A stretch of 45,564 bases of DNA from a candidate division WOR-3 bacterium (GCA_016934535.1 JAFGSQ010000008.1:1-45564); one strand, 5' to 3'; shown: positions 25,305-35,206, numbered from the stretch's first letter. Notes: generated by a model from the letters alone, not told the origin. Made by a program: numbers and translations.

Positions 25305-26987
25305 TCAGCCGATCATAACTTTTTCTTCGGCATAAGCATAACCGGTTTTTTTATTGTGTGCTATCAGTGAATATCCGATTGTGAGAGGTCCGAGTCTCCC
25401 GAAAAACATGAGTATTATTACAAGAATTTTTCCCACCGGGGAAAGCTGGGGAGTTATGCCTTTTGAAAGACCGACCGTTCCGACGGCGCTGACAGCTTCA
25501 AATAAAATCTCCGACAATGAAAAATTTTCGTACGTCAGCAAAAGCAGAACAATCACGAAAAGCGTTATCATATAAAACAGAAGGACGGTCACTGCTTTTG
25601 AAATCGTCTCTTCAGGAATCGTTCTTTTGTATATTTCGACGTTTCTGTTTTTTGTGAAACCGTTGGTCATGCACGCCCACAATACTGCGAATGTTGTCGT
25701 TTTTAAACCGCCGCCGGTAGAGCCGGGTGATGCTCCTATGAACATCAGAATTATCATCAGAAATATCGTGGCTGGGGCTAAAGAGGCTATGTCGCAGGTG
25801 TTAAAACCTGCGGTTCTCGTGCTGACCGATTGAAAAAAAGCGGTCAGGAGTTTTGTCCTGACGTCCGGGGTTTGGGAATTAGAAAGTTCGAAAAATAATA
25901 TTGCGGCGGTTCCCGTAAATATTAAAACAGCGGAAACCGCGATGACGATTTTCGACTGGACTTTTAAACGCGGTTTTTTTCTCTTCCTTCCAAACTGATG
26001 CTTTATTTTCTCCACCGAATCTTTTATAGTCGCAAAACCCAGCCCGCCGAATATTATCAATCCGGAAATTATCAGAACTGTCGCCGTGTCTGAAGCAAAA
26101 TTCATGAGGCTGTTGCTGAAGGTTGAAAATCCGGCGTTGCAGAACGCTGAAACGGAATGAAAAACGCTGTGGTAAATTGCTTCTGCAGGAGAATCGAATC
26201 TGCCGAACCAGAATAAGAAAAGAGCCGCAGCGCCTGCCGCCTCGAAAAACAGCGTCATTTTAAAAATAAACTTTATGAGCTGTGCGACTCCCGAGAGTTC
26301 GTTCTGATCCAGTACATCCTGCATGGCCGCCTTCTGACTCAAGTTCATCTTTTTGCCGGTCATTATCGCCAGCAAAACCGAAAACGACATAATGCCAAGT
26401 CCTCCGAGCTGGATCAAACATAAGATTATGACTTGTCCCCACCTGCTGAAATACACTGCCGTATCCTTGACGATGAGTCCTGTCACGCAGACGGCCGAAG
26501 TCGAAGTGAAAAAGGCATCTACGAGTGAAGTTTGGCTTCCCCCAGAAGTAGCTATGGGCAAAGTGAGAAGAACCGCACCGGAGCAGATGAGAAAGATAAA
26601 TGAAATTGTCATCACCTGCGCGGATCTCAATCCGATGCTTTCGACGAAGCCTTTGGCTTTTTTAAATCTCGACAGCACCGACACGACTATCGCGGCTTGC
26701 CAGAAAAAAACGCTCAGCGAAATATTTTCTTTGGGGAAAAAAAAATACACCAGCGGTATAAAGACTATTGAATCGTACCAGTGTGTTAAAAGATGTCTTA
26801 ACTTTTTCCTCGCCGCCATTAAAGACAGAATAATATCTGCGATAAAAACGAGAACGACAACTAGATTTATCCATCTCAGAAAAGGATATGCTTTTGCGGC
26901 AACGGCGGTTTGCGATCTCTCGAACAATAACAGAGCCAGCGCGAGAAGTGCAACGAAACCCGATATTCTATCAATTGCCTTTTTCAT
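25305..26987 (-). CDS. trkH: Trk/Ktr potassium uptake membrane subunit (KtrB/TrkH) with extra N-terminal TM domain
   Basis: Four pore motifs (SAVCVTGL, SAFCNAGFS, STRTAGFN, SAVGTVGLS), plus GASPGSTGGGLKTTT and MFFGRLGPLT. Confidence 0.93.
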   Translation of the reverse strand: MKKAIDRISGFVALLALALLLFERSQTAVAAKAYPFLRWINLVVVLVFIADIILSLMAARKKLRHLLTHWYDSIVFIPLVYFFFPKENISLSVFFWQAAIVVSVLSRFKKAKGFVESIGLRSAQVMTISFIFLICSGAVLLTLPIATSGGSQTSLVDAFFTSTSAVCVTGLIVKDTAVYFSRWGQVIILCLIQLGGLGIMSFSVLLAIMTGKKMNLSQKAAMQDVLDQNELSGVAQLIKFIFKMTLFFEAAGAAALFLFWFGRFDSPAEAIYHSVFHSVSAFCNAGFSTFSNSLMNFASDTATVLIISGLIIFGGLGFATIKDSVEKIKHQFGRKRKKPRLKVQSKIVIAVSAVLIFTGTAAILFFELSNSQTPDVRTKLLTAFFQSVSTRTAGFNTCDIASLAPATIFLMIILMFIGASPGSTGGGLKTTTFAVLWACMTNGFTKNRNVEIYKRTIPEETISKAVTVLLFYMITLFVIVLLLLTYENFSLSEILFEAVSAVGTVGLSKGITPQLSPVGKILVIILMFFGRLGPLTIGYSLIAHNKKTGYAYAEEKVMIG

Positions 26988-27057
26988 TTTTAGTGAATAT
27001 TATGAAATTTCCGTACTTTAAGCAACAACAAAAGTTCGTTGACGATTGAACCGGCGA

Positions 27058-27086
27058 TTGCTTTTGAGATTATTAAGATATATAAT
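27058..27086 (+). promoter_or_regulatory. Putative sigma70 promoter
   Basis: TTGCTT-N17-TATAAT upstream of RBS GAGGAGG and ATG 27119. Confidence 0.55.
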
Positions 27087-27118
27087 AACATAGATCTTTA
27101 AGCCTAGAGGAGGCTTCC

Positions 27119-27730
27119 ATGAAAAAGCTTTGTTTCGCTTTTCTGGTTGTTGTATTGACGACCTCGCCGCTGGTTTCCTCTAACAGAAAAGGTTTCATCG
27201 CCGGTTTTACTCTTGGACCTGCTCTTTCATTCGTTCACGCTGAAGACAGTCGGGGTATGGAATACGACAAAACGCATTTCGGGATGGGATTTGATTTAAG
27301 AATAGGATGGGCGTTCACGAACCAGTTCAGTGTCCAATACGACCACAAAAGCGCGATATTTTTCAGTGACGTACTTGACAGGGAGCTGTCGGATGAACAA
27401 AAAATATTCGCTACAATCTTTTTTCCTTTCTACCCAATGACTTTCAGCCAGAACAACGCCGGCTTGGGTATGACTTATTATTTCAACCCTAAAGTTCCTT
27501 CACCTTACATAGACGGAAACGTCGGCTTTTCAATTTACCCTGTCGGCGACTGGTTCGACGACCTGACGGGCGGTTTTGGATTTTCCCTCGGAGGCGGCTA
27601 CGAATTTTCCGAACACTGGCATTTTCACGGAGCCCTGATGTTCGGTTTTTCCTCAGGCGATGAAACTCATTCCGACAGAACTTCAAACGCCGTTTCAACA
27701 ATTTTGACTGTTGGTTATCTTTTCTACTGA
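27119..27730 (+). CDS. Outer-membrane beta-barrel protein (small, OmpA-barrel-like)
   Basis: Signal peptide, Gly/aromatic-rich alternating strands and C-terminal VGYLFY. Confidence 0.75.
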   Translation: MKKLCFAFLVVVLTTSPLVSSNRKGFIAGFTLGPALSFVHAEDSRGMEYDKTHFGMGFDLRIGWAFTNQFSVQYDHKSAIFFSDVLDRELSDEQKIFATIFFPFYPMTFSQNNAGLGMTYYFNPKVPSPYIDGNVGFSIYPVGDWFDDLTGGFGFSLGGGYEFSEHWHFHGALMFGFSSGDETHSDRTSNAVSTILTVGYLFY

Positions 27731-27742
27731 CAGAATCAAGAA

Positions 27743-29989
27743 TTAGATTACGAAAGAATAACCTATTTTAGCGAAAAAGGTCCTGTCCCTTTGTGCTATC
27801 GGCGTGATTTCGTCGCCGTCGTAATTGTCCGAATATCCCAAGTAAAGCACCGTCTGCGGATTTACCTTGTATGAGAAAAGAAGCTGTGTGAATATTGCTT
27901 TTATTTCATTGCTTACCGGATAAGGGTAAAGATTCTGTGAGAATTCGTAGTTTCGATACTGCAGAATACCCCTTATAAAACATCTGTGAGTGAAATGATA
28001 TTTGCCTGTCAAGTTTGTTACATTGGCTGTGTAAAGTCTTCCCCTGTCGATATTCATATATTCATATTCGTGAGACATCTCTATATAAAGATTCCTTCCG
28101 AGATTAATTTCGGCGTAGGGTTCCAAGTGAAGGCATTTTCCCTGTTCTACGTTCGTGTAGTCTATGTCGTCTCCGTATGAGGAAAATAACGACAAAAAGA
28201 TCATCGCGGAAGGTCTGATCTGAAAATAAAGATTGACGCGATTGTTGTCGAACACTTCACCCAAAAATCCTTTTTCTCCTATGAACGCGTGAATTTCCGC
28301 GTAAATCATCCGCGCTCCTGAATAATCAAAACTGAAACCATGTTCTTTATATACAAGTGTGTCGCCGAAATTTTCTTCGTACGTGTATGAATAACCGGCA
28401 GACAATTCCCTGTACCATTTTCCGGGTGAGCCGATCCAGGAGTAGTCGGCACCCATACTGGTGTTTTTATAATTGTCCTGGTAGACGTGACCCATGTCCC
28501 CTCTGAAAAACGGGTCCATGAGATAAAAGTTCCAGTACCAGCTCAGCTTTCTTGTGTTGTGATAATATCCGCCGAGGGCCGACCATCCGTCAAATACAGT
28601 GTCCGGTTGATTATATCTGCCGGATATTTCTTCGGGATATTTCGTCCTCGAAAGTGCTCCCGCAAAATTTATTCTGTCGTTTCTGGCGAAATTGAAACTT
28701 CCGCTGACACCGCCGGTCCTGTTGTAATAATCCTCACCTTCCCTGTCGGTCAATATCAGTCCCACGTTTGCCGAAATTCCAAAATCCCTGAAGTACCTGA
28801 TAGCTCCCCCGATATTTTCCTTCTCGAGACTGGCAGTTCTCGAATAAAAACTGTTGGGTATGGTGAAATTTGATATGCTGTCTCTGACCACGACAAACCC
28901 TATCGAATTTGCTCCCTCCTTACCCGTAATTTTCACTCCCCATTCCGGATCGGCAAAAGTTCTGAATCTGAATACAGGAATGCTGAATCCGAACAATTCG
29001 GACCCTTCTAGAAAAAAAGGTCTCTTTTCCGGATAGTATATTGAATACTGCTCATTTACGTCCAACTCTGCCGCGTCGGCTTCAATTTGAGAAAAATCCG
29101 GGTTCACGGTCGCAGATAACTTCATGTTAGAAGTAAATCCCCAGTACATGGTCAAGCCGGGATCGTATTTTTCGGAAGTGTTCCTGAAACCGCCGTTTTC
29201 CCTCTCCTGTGAAAGAATGGTCACAAAAGTCGGATCTATTTCAATATTCCTGCCCGGTTTAACTCCGACAAAACCTATAATTTTATTAGCTTGGCTCATG
29301 TAGCTGTTTATGTTCGGATCCCTTGGAAAAAGACCTATTTGATGCCTGACATTTCTCGGGTAACTTCTAACCACATCGAGTCCCCAGATTCTCGCCCCCT
29401 CAGAACGATGAAAATTGAGCGCTCTGAATGGAATGCACATTTCGACGGCATATCCGCTGTCATTTATTCTCCCTGCCGAATTCCACACCGCGTCCCAGCT
29501 CTGCAAAGTTCCGCTGTATGAACTTTCAATCTGATCAATCTGCACTCCCAAAGGATTTGATATGAAATCGTAAGTCCTTCGTTCATCGTTGAAAGTGTCC
29601 AATATTAGACCGATCCAGTCGTCATTCCATGCGTTATCTCTGTCTGAGATCCTGGCCCTTATTTCTGAAGGATTCGGGTCGTTCGCCATAAAAGCTGCGT
29701 AGAGATTGTTTTCATCGTATGCAAGGTAGACCTTCGTCGAAACAGGAGGAGGAACATTTTCCCCCGGGCTGACTTCATAGTCCAGAGTGAGAACAAGAGC
29801 CTGGTCCCACTCATTTTGCTCAATTATTCCGTCAATTCTTATATTTCTTTCAATTTTAGGTATCAAGTGATAGTTGTCCAGAGAATCCGCCAGATAAAGA
29901 AGATTGCTGCCTATCTCATTATCATAGGCAGATAATCCAATCGAGAAAAACAGGGAAACTGAAAGAAAAAAAAAGCACTTCATAACCAC
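27743..29989 (-). CDS. CBM9-like domain + DUF5916-type outer-membrane barrel protein
   Basis: Motifs IDG..EW, YDENNLY, DTFNDERR..NPLGVQ, EMCIPF, NPDFSQIEAD and PEKRPFFLEG. C-terminal KIGYSF. Confidence 0.82.
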   Translation of the reverse strand: MVMKCFFFLSVSLFFSIGLSAYDNEIGSNLLYLADSLDNYHLIPKIERNIRIDGIIEQNEWDQALVLTLDYEVSPGENVPPPVSTKVYLAYDENNLYAAFMANDPNPSEIRARISDRDNAWNDDWIGLILDTFNDERRTYDFISNPLGVQIDQIESSYSGTLQSWDAVWNSAGRINDSGYAVEMCIPFRALNFHRSEGARIWGLDVVRSYPRNVRHQIGLFPRDPNINSYMSQANKIIGFVGVKPGRNIEIDPTFVTILSQERENGGFRNTSEKYDPGLTMYWGFTSNMKLSATVNPDFSQIEADAAELDVNEQYSIYYPEKRPFFLEGSELFGFSIPVFRFRTFADPEWGVKITGKEGANSIGFVVVRDSISNFTIPNSFYSRTASLEKENIGGAIRYFRDFGISANVGLILTDREGEDYYNRTGGVSGSFNFARNDRINFAGALSRTKYPEEISGRYNQPDTVFDGWSALGGYYHNTRKLSWYWNFYLMDPFFRGDMGHVYQDNYKNTSMGADYSWIGSPGKWYRELSAGYSYTYEENFGDTLVYKEHGFSFDYSGARMIYAEIHAFIGEKGFLGEVFDNNRVNLYFQIRPSAMIFLSLFSSYGDDIDYTNVEQGKCLHLEPYAEINLGRNLYIEMSHEYEYMNIDRGRLYTANVTNLTGKYHFTHRCFIRGILQYRNYEFSQNLYPYPVSNEIKAIFTQLLFSYKVNPQTVLYLGYSDNYDGDEITPIAQRDRTFFAKIGYSFVI

Positions 29990-30006
29990 CCCGCCCGTAA
30001 AAAGTT

Positions 30007-30110
30007 TATGTTTTCAGTTACGTATAATATCAAATATTTCATTTATGTCAAGTTATAATTCATAAAATTGACTATTGACAAAAATATGATAATATGTTAC
30101 CGTTTACGTA
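30007..30110. promoter_or_regulatory. Two related 18-bp palindromic operators in the divergent promoter region
   Basis: TATGTTT-TCAG-TTACGTA at 30007-30024 and TATGTTA-CCGT-TTACGTA at 30093-30110. Each lies downstream of a TTGACA -35 (30046-51 on minus, 30075-80 on plus). Confidence 0.6.
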
Positions 30111-30133
30111 TATGGATACAAAAAGGAGTACAC

Positions 30134-31462
30134 ATGAGTTTCAGCAAGACATTGATTGTTCTTTTTGCCGTTATTGTTCTTTGTAAAAACATCGCGGCTC
30201 AAAACTTCGGTACAAATGACCGTCCGATAAATAAAGACGACAAAGCAGAAATTATTGACAGCGTCTGCGGCCTATTGATCTCAACTTACGTATATCCCGA
30301 AGTAGCGCAGAAAATGGACAGTGTCGCAAGGTATAATTTATTAACCGGATCATACGATCACTTAACCGGTTTGGTCGATTTCACTGAAGTTTTAAACGAA
30401 GACCTATTTTTGGTCTGCCGTGACAAACATTTCAGAATATTGCCATTTATAGATGAAAGAATGAAACAAGAAAACGGTGACGAAGAAGACAAAAAGAGAG
30501 CTCTTGAACAGATGAGACGGAATAATTTCGGTTTCAAAAAAATCGAGATTCTGCCCGGCAACATAGGATACCTGAAATTCGACGAATTTGTCGACGCCAG
30601 ATATGCCGGCAACACTGCTGTCGCCGCAATGAATTTCCTGTCCAACTGCGACGCTTTGATAATCGACCTCAGGGACAACGGAGGCGGTGAAGCGAGTATG
30701 ATTCAGCTGCTGACAAGTTACTTTTTTGACGAACAACAGCACATAAATGATTTTTATTACAGGATTGACAATGTGTACGAACAATCCTGGACTTATTCAT
30801 TCGTTCCGGGAAATAAAATTCCTGAAACGCCTGTTTACATACTGACAAGCAGTTACACATTTTCCGCAGCAGAAGAATTCACGTACAATCTGCAAAAACT
30901 CGAAAGGGCATCAATTGTAGGGGACACAACGGGAGGCGGGGCTCATCCTATAATTATGCAAATCTGGGATAATCTGGGAATTACAATTGTATGCCCTTTC
31001 GCCAGAGCCTGCAACCCGGTTTCGAACGATAATTGGGAAGGCGTAGGGATAATCCCCGACTTTCCTATAGAGTCCCAAATGGCTCTTGAAAAGTCTCAAC
31101 TTCTGGCTCTTAACGAGATTCTCGAAAAAAACGAAGATCCGGCGAAAGAAACTGAAATTATATGGCACATAGAATATATTGAAGGCATAATAGACCCGAT
31201 GTTTTTAGCCGAAACCGAGCTTGAAAAATACGCAGGATTGTACGAAACGAGAGAGATTTTTATTGAAAACGGAGAGCTTAATTATCTGAGACAGGGAAGA
31301 GACCCTTATCCGATGATTTATATCGGCGACGACACCTTTTTGATAAAAGATCTGATTTCTCTGAGATTGAAATTCGAAAAGGATGAAACAAATCACTTCT
31401 GCAGACTCATCGCAATCTATCAAAGCGGACGGCGAGAAATCAATCCGAGGTCGACGAGATGA
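30134..31462 (+). CDS. S41-family (IRBP-like) peptidase
   Basis: Start moved to ATG 30134 (RBS AAAAGGAG, then a signal peptide). Motifs DKH, NIGYLK, LIIDLRDNGGG, TFSAAEEF, GDTTGGGA and WEGVGIIPD. Confidence 0.9.
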   Translation: MSFSKTLIVLFAVIVLCKNIAAQNFGTNDRPINKDDKAEIIDSVCGLLISTYVYPEVAQKMDSVARYNLLTGSYDHLTGLVDFTEVLNEDLFLVCRDKHFRILPFIDERMKQENGDEEDKKRALEQMRRNNFGFKKIEILPGNIGYLKFDEFVDARYAGNTAVAAMNFLSNCDALIIDLRDNGGGEASMIQLLTSYFFDEQQHINDFYYRIDNVYEQSWTYSFVPGNKIPETPVYILTSSYTFSAAEEFTYNLQKLERASIVGDTTGGGAHPIIMQIWDNLGITIVCPFARACNPVSNDNWEGVGIIPDFPIESQMALEKSQLLALNEILEKNEDPAKETEIIWHIEYIEGIIDPMFLAETELEKYAGLYETREIFIENGELNYLRQGRDPYPMIYIGDDTFLIKDLISLRLKFEKDETNHFCRLIAIYQSGRREINPRSTR

Positions 31463-31526
31463 ACAGAAAGATCGAACTTAATTGCCTGACAATGAAAAAT
31501 GATAGATAATCAGAACAGGTAAACGG

Positions 31527-32492
31527 ATGGACATATTCGACACATTAGGACCGGTTGCTATTGCAAGCAGGACGAAGAGGTTTCTCGACACACTCGTAAA
31601 AGACGGTGAAACTGTATATAAAAATCAGAACATTCCGTTCAAAACCAAATGGTTCCCTGTATTTTTTGCTCTTTACAAAAGCCAGGAGCCGCTTTCCATA
31701 ACAGATTTGTCGAACATCCTTCACATGACTCACCCGAACGTAATAAAAATTGTCAGCTCAATGTCGAGAAAAGACATCGTCGTCTCCTTGAAAGACGAAT
31801 ACGACGCCAGAAAACATTTGATAAAACTTTCCGAAAAAGGCACCCAGTTGATCCCCTTGCTTGAACCTGTATGGAAAGCATTCGAAAGAGCTGTTTACGG
31901 TCTTTTCAACGAAGTTGATTGTAATTTCATAGAAGTTCTTTCAAAAATGGAGAAATCGCTGTACCGAAAAGGGATGGCGGAAAGGGTTATTTCAAACATA
32001 AAAGAATCTCAGTATGAGGCCATAGCAATAATTGAATACACGCCTCAGTTAAAAAAATATTTCAAAAATCTCAATTATGAATGGCTAGAAAAATTTTTTT
32101 CAGTCGAAAATTATGACGAAGAAGTATTAAACAATCCTGAAAAATATATTTTTTCAAAAAACGGATTCATACTTTTTGCACTCATAAACGGAGAGATAGT
32201 CGGTACTTGTGCGGTTTCGGAGATGGATCCCGGTGAATATGAACTGTCAAAACTGGCAGTTACAGAAAGCAAGCAGAACAGAGGAGCCGGGAAAAAACTC
32301 GTTACGGAAGCCATCAAGCGAGCCAAAGATAAAAACGGCAGAAAGATTTTCCTTTTGACGGATGAAAAACTTACAAAAGCATTCAATCTCTACAGAAGCA
32401 TGGGTTTCAAAACCGAAACAGTAAACAAATTCCCCGAAAAATTTCTTTCAAGATCAAAAACTTCCATTACCATGAGCTTGAGAATCGAATAG
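31527..32492 (+). CDS. Bifunctional MarR-type HTH regulator / GNAT acetyltransferase
   Basis: Winged HTH (SITDLS..THPNV..DARK..LSEKG) followed by a GNAT domain (NYEWLEKFF, ELSKLAV, QNRGAGKKL, LYRSMGF). Confidence 0.88.
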   Translation: MDIFDTLGPVAIASRTKRFLDTLVKDGETVYKNQNIPFKTKWFPVFFALYKSQEPLSITDLSNILHMTHPNVIKIVSSMSRKDIVVSLKDEYDARKHLIKLSEKGTQLIPLLEPVWKAFERAVYGLFNEVDCNFIEVLSKMEKSLYRKGMAERVISNIKESQYEAIAIIEYTPQLKKYFKNLNYEWLEKFFSVENYDEEVLNNPEKYIFSKNGFILFALINGEIVGTCAVSEMDPGEYELSKLAVTESKQNRGAGKKLVTEAIKRAKDKNGRKIFLLTDEKLTKAFNLYRSMGFKTETVNKFPEKFLSRSKTSITMSLRIE

Positions 32493-32557
32493 TATTATTT
32501 CAGCTTTGTATTTTTTCACAAGAATGATAAAATACCTTTTACCCTTTTATCACTAAA

Positions 32558-33211
32558 ATGAAAAAAGTTTTAATAATATTGTCTTTATTTTATTTGTCCG
32601 TTGGCTTCCTTAACGCTGAAGCCCTCGTTGGCATAAAGACCGGCCTCAACGTTTCGAGTTTTTACGGAGGACAGATGAACGATGACGGCACGAGAAGAGG
32701 CTTCTACGTCGGTTCGTTTGTCAACTTGCCGGTGACAAATTTTCTGTCTGTTCAGCCTGAATTTTATTTTACGTCAAAGGGCAAAGAAAACACCTACATG
32801 ATAGGATTCACAAAATACAAAAAATCAATCTGCATTTACTACCTCGAATGCCCCGTTCTATTTAAATTAAAAGTTCTCGACAGAGGGACTCTCAGATACA
32901 ATTTATTAGCGGGTCCATACTACTCTTTCTTCGCGGGCGGAATCAGCAATTTTCCGGTCGGATCGGACCCAGTCACGGAAGACATAGAATATCTTTTAAA
33001 CGGCAAAGTCAGGGAATCCGATTTCGGTTTCACAATAGGAGCTCAATTGGACATAGTGGTTCTCGATTTCAAAAGTTGGATCGTCTCTATCGACATCAGG
33101 CACACTTTGGGACTAAATCCCGTCCACACCCGCGAAGATGAACTGCTTTTTCTCATAGACCAGAAAAACAAGACGACTTCCATGATGGTCGGTCTTGCCT
33201 ACGTCATCTGA
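32558..33211 (+). CDS. Porin-family outer-membrane beta-barrel protein (PorT-like)
   Basis: Signal peptide and motifs GIKTGLNVS, VQPEFYFTSKG, YLECPVL, GPY and DFG. C-terminal GLAYVI. Confidence 0.8.
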   Translation: MKKVLIILSLFYLSVGFLNAEALVGIKTGLNVSSFYGGQMNDDGTRRGFYVGSFVNLPVTNFLSVQPEFYFTSKGKENTYMIGFTKYKKSICIYYLECPVLFKLKVLDRGTLRYNLLAGPYYSFFAGGISNFPVGSDPVTEDIEYLLNGKVRESDFGFTIGAQLDIVVLDFKSWIVSIDIRHTLGLNPVHTREDELLFLIDQKNKTTSMMVGLAYVI

Positions 33212-34290
33212 TTTTTTATCTTAATATATTTTTTGTAATTCTCAAGCGATCTGCCGAAGTCGTGTTTCTTTTCATAAACGAGGGAAAGAGTTCTGTAAAG
33301 ATTCATAATGAGAGGTTTTTCATCTATTTTTTCAGCAATGCTGAGTGATTCAGTCAGAAATCTGACTGCAGAGTCGTAATCATTCTCCTGTATTTTTATT
33401 GCGCCGTATTCATGTTTGATGTTCGCTATCGCCTGCAGGTCTCCCAATTCCTCATTTATTGCCAGCGACAATTCAAAACACTCAAGAGCTTTGCCTTTTT
33501 CACCTATTTCGATGAATGTGTTTGCGAGATTAAACAGGATATTTGCTTCGAATTCCCTGTGTCTGATCTCTTTTGCCAATGCGAGCGAATTTTTGAAATA
33601 CGTCATGGCTTCCTTGCTTTTATTAAGCTTTTTGTAAATTATTCCTATATTGCAAAGCTGACCTGCAATCCCTGAAAGGTTATTGTTTTTTTTGTATAAT
33701 TTTAAAGCTTTCTCATGAAAATCAAGGCTCAAATAGACGTCTCCTTTTTTTTCGTACAGATCACCCATACTCGACAGTGTGTTCGCTATGCTGTTTTCAG
33801 AATAGTTTTCTATACTCTCTTTGATTTTTAAAGATTCTTCAAAAACGCCTAAAGCTTCAGAATAAGCGCCTCTGGCTGAAAAAACAAGACCCATGTTGTT
33901 GAGGCATTGAGCTTTTAATTCAAAACAGTTCAATTCTTCAGACAAATTTAACGATTCGTGAAGGATTGAAAGAGCCGCTTCATACTCGCACATGTAGTAT
34001 TTTACAAGTCCGAGGTCTTTTAACAGTTCTGCCTTGGTTTTTTTGTCTTCTCCGCTGATTCCAATCGCCTCAGAAAAAACATCTTCGGATCTTTTATATT
34101 CTCCCAATCTCGCGAGCGATCTGGCTATGATTTTTTTAGCCTTAAAAAACAGATCAATTTCACTTGTCTGCGCGATCAATGAAAGAGCTCTTGTCGCGCT
34201 TTCAAGGGCTTTTTTCGGGTCTTTATCTTTGGAAAGTGAAGCTTCATTCAGCAGATTTTCAGCTTCGCACGTCGGATTTGTTTTACCCAT
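33199..34290 (-). CDS. TPR-repeat protein; cyclase-less paralog of the TPR array of 35203..37101
   Basis: Tandem repeats of about 40 aa, collinear with the N-terminal part of the 632-aa protein. Likely ATG at 34290, 7 nt after the upstream stop. Confidence 0.85.
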   Translation of the reverse strand: MGKTNPTCEAENLLNEASLSKDKDPKKALESATRALSLIAQTSEIDLFFKAKKIIARSLARLGEYKRSEDVFSEAIGISGEDKKTKAELLKDLGLVKYYMCEYEAALSILHESLNLSEELNCFELKAQCLNNMGLVFSARGAYSEALGVFEESLKIKESIENYSENSIANTLSSMGDLYEKKGDVYLSLDFHEKALKLYKKNNNLSGIAGQLCNIGIIYKKLNKSKEAMTYFKNSLALAKEIRHREFEANILFNLANTFIEIGEKGKALECFELSLAINEELGDLQAIANIKHEYGAIKIQENDYDSAVRFLTESLSIAEKIDEKPLIMNLYRTLSLVYEKKHDFGRSLENYKKYIKIKNQMT

Positions 34291-34297
34291 GTTTTTA

Positions 34298-35206
34298 TCA
34301 TATCCAAGCGCTGTAGTCAAAAGCGTACATTTCCGTTTTACCTACGCCCTTCAAATTAACAACAGACCTTTCAGCATTTTTAATTTTATCCTTCACCAAA
34401 TCGTAAGTATCTGCAGAAACGTAAATTTTTCCCGCTTCCGACCGGTCGTATATTCTCGACGCGGTATTTATAGTGTCTCCAAAAATGTCAAAAAGAAATT
34501 TTTTTTCTCCCACGACACCTCCTATGACGCATCCGGAATGCACAGATACTTTCAAAGACCAATCATCTGAATTGTTTTTTTTAATCTCCTTTACAAGACG
34601 TGCGTTTTCAACGGTGGCAGCAATAATGTTTTCTGCATGATTTTCAAAGGCCACGGGAAGTCCGCAAACCGCGAGATACTTTTCTTCGAATGTTTTTATT
34701 TTTTCACAATTCATTTTTTCGAATGTCTCATCAAAGAAAGTGTAAATTTTACTCAACTCTTCGAGCGTTTCTAGGTTTATTTCCATTCTCAACAATTTTT
34801 TAATACATGGAAACCCGATTATACATACGGTGACGTTGTCGTACAATCTCGCCGAGACCTTTCCGTTTTCCTTCATTTCTCGGGCGACAGACGGAGGGAG
34901 AATGCTCAGAAGGAGTGAATCGGATTTCAACTTTTCCTCTTCAAGGCTGTTTTTTGCTCTTTCGAGTCTTTCATTTTCTGTTTTCATGATTTCCGCTTCA
35001 TTGCGGATAATTTCAAGTTCATGCTCAATCCCTTCAACCTCTTGCTTCAACTTCAGTTTTCTTTCTTCCGACTCCATTTGTGCCGCGAAATAAACTTCTT
35101 TCAATCTCAGATACTCATTAAAATGCCCGTACGCCTTTTCAAAATCTCCGTTTGAAAAGAATTTCTCGCTCAACAGCTTTTCTTTTTCTACTTCTTCTCT
35201 CTTCAT
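34298..35206 (-). CDS. Class III nucleotidyl cyclase, C2-like half-enzyme (coiled coil + CTE + cyclase; lacks both metal Asp)
   Basis: Motifs SDSLLLSILPPSVA, VTVCIIGFP, EKIKTFEEKY, HSGCVIGGVVG and FDIFGDTINTASR. ATG 35206 overlaps the upstream TGA (ATGA). Confidence 0.88.
   Translation of the reverse strand: MKREEVEKEKLLSEKFFSNGDFEKAYGHFNEYLRLKEVYFAAQMESEERKLKLKQEVEGIEHELEIIRNEAEIMKTENERLERAKNSLEEEKLKSDSLLLSILPPSVAREMKENGKVSARLYDNVTVCIIGFPCIKKLLRMEINLETLEELSKIYTFFDETFEKMNCEKIKTFEEKYLAVCGLPVAFENHAENIIAATVENARLVKEIKKNNSDDWSLKVSVHSGCVIGGVVGEKKFLFDIFGDTINTASRIYDRSEAGKIYVSADTYDLVKDKIKNAERSVVNLKGVGKTEMYAFDYSAWI

Noticed and set aside
24629-27021. Long antisense ORFs (229 aa and 222 aa), and similar ones at 4176-4790, 12228-12797 and 39053-39661
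   Set aside because: They are shadows of well-supported genes on the opposite strand and show no motifs of their own.
26988-27118. c-di-AMP (ydaO) or other riboswitch upstream of the K+ transporter
   Set aside because: The intergenic region is only about 130 bp, is shared with a divergent promoter, and shows no recognisable aptamer or terminator.
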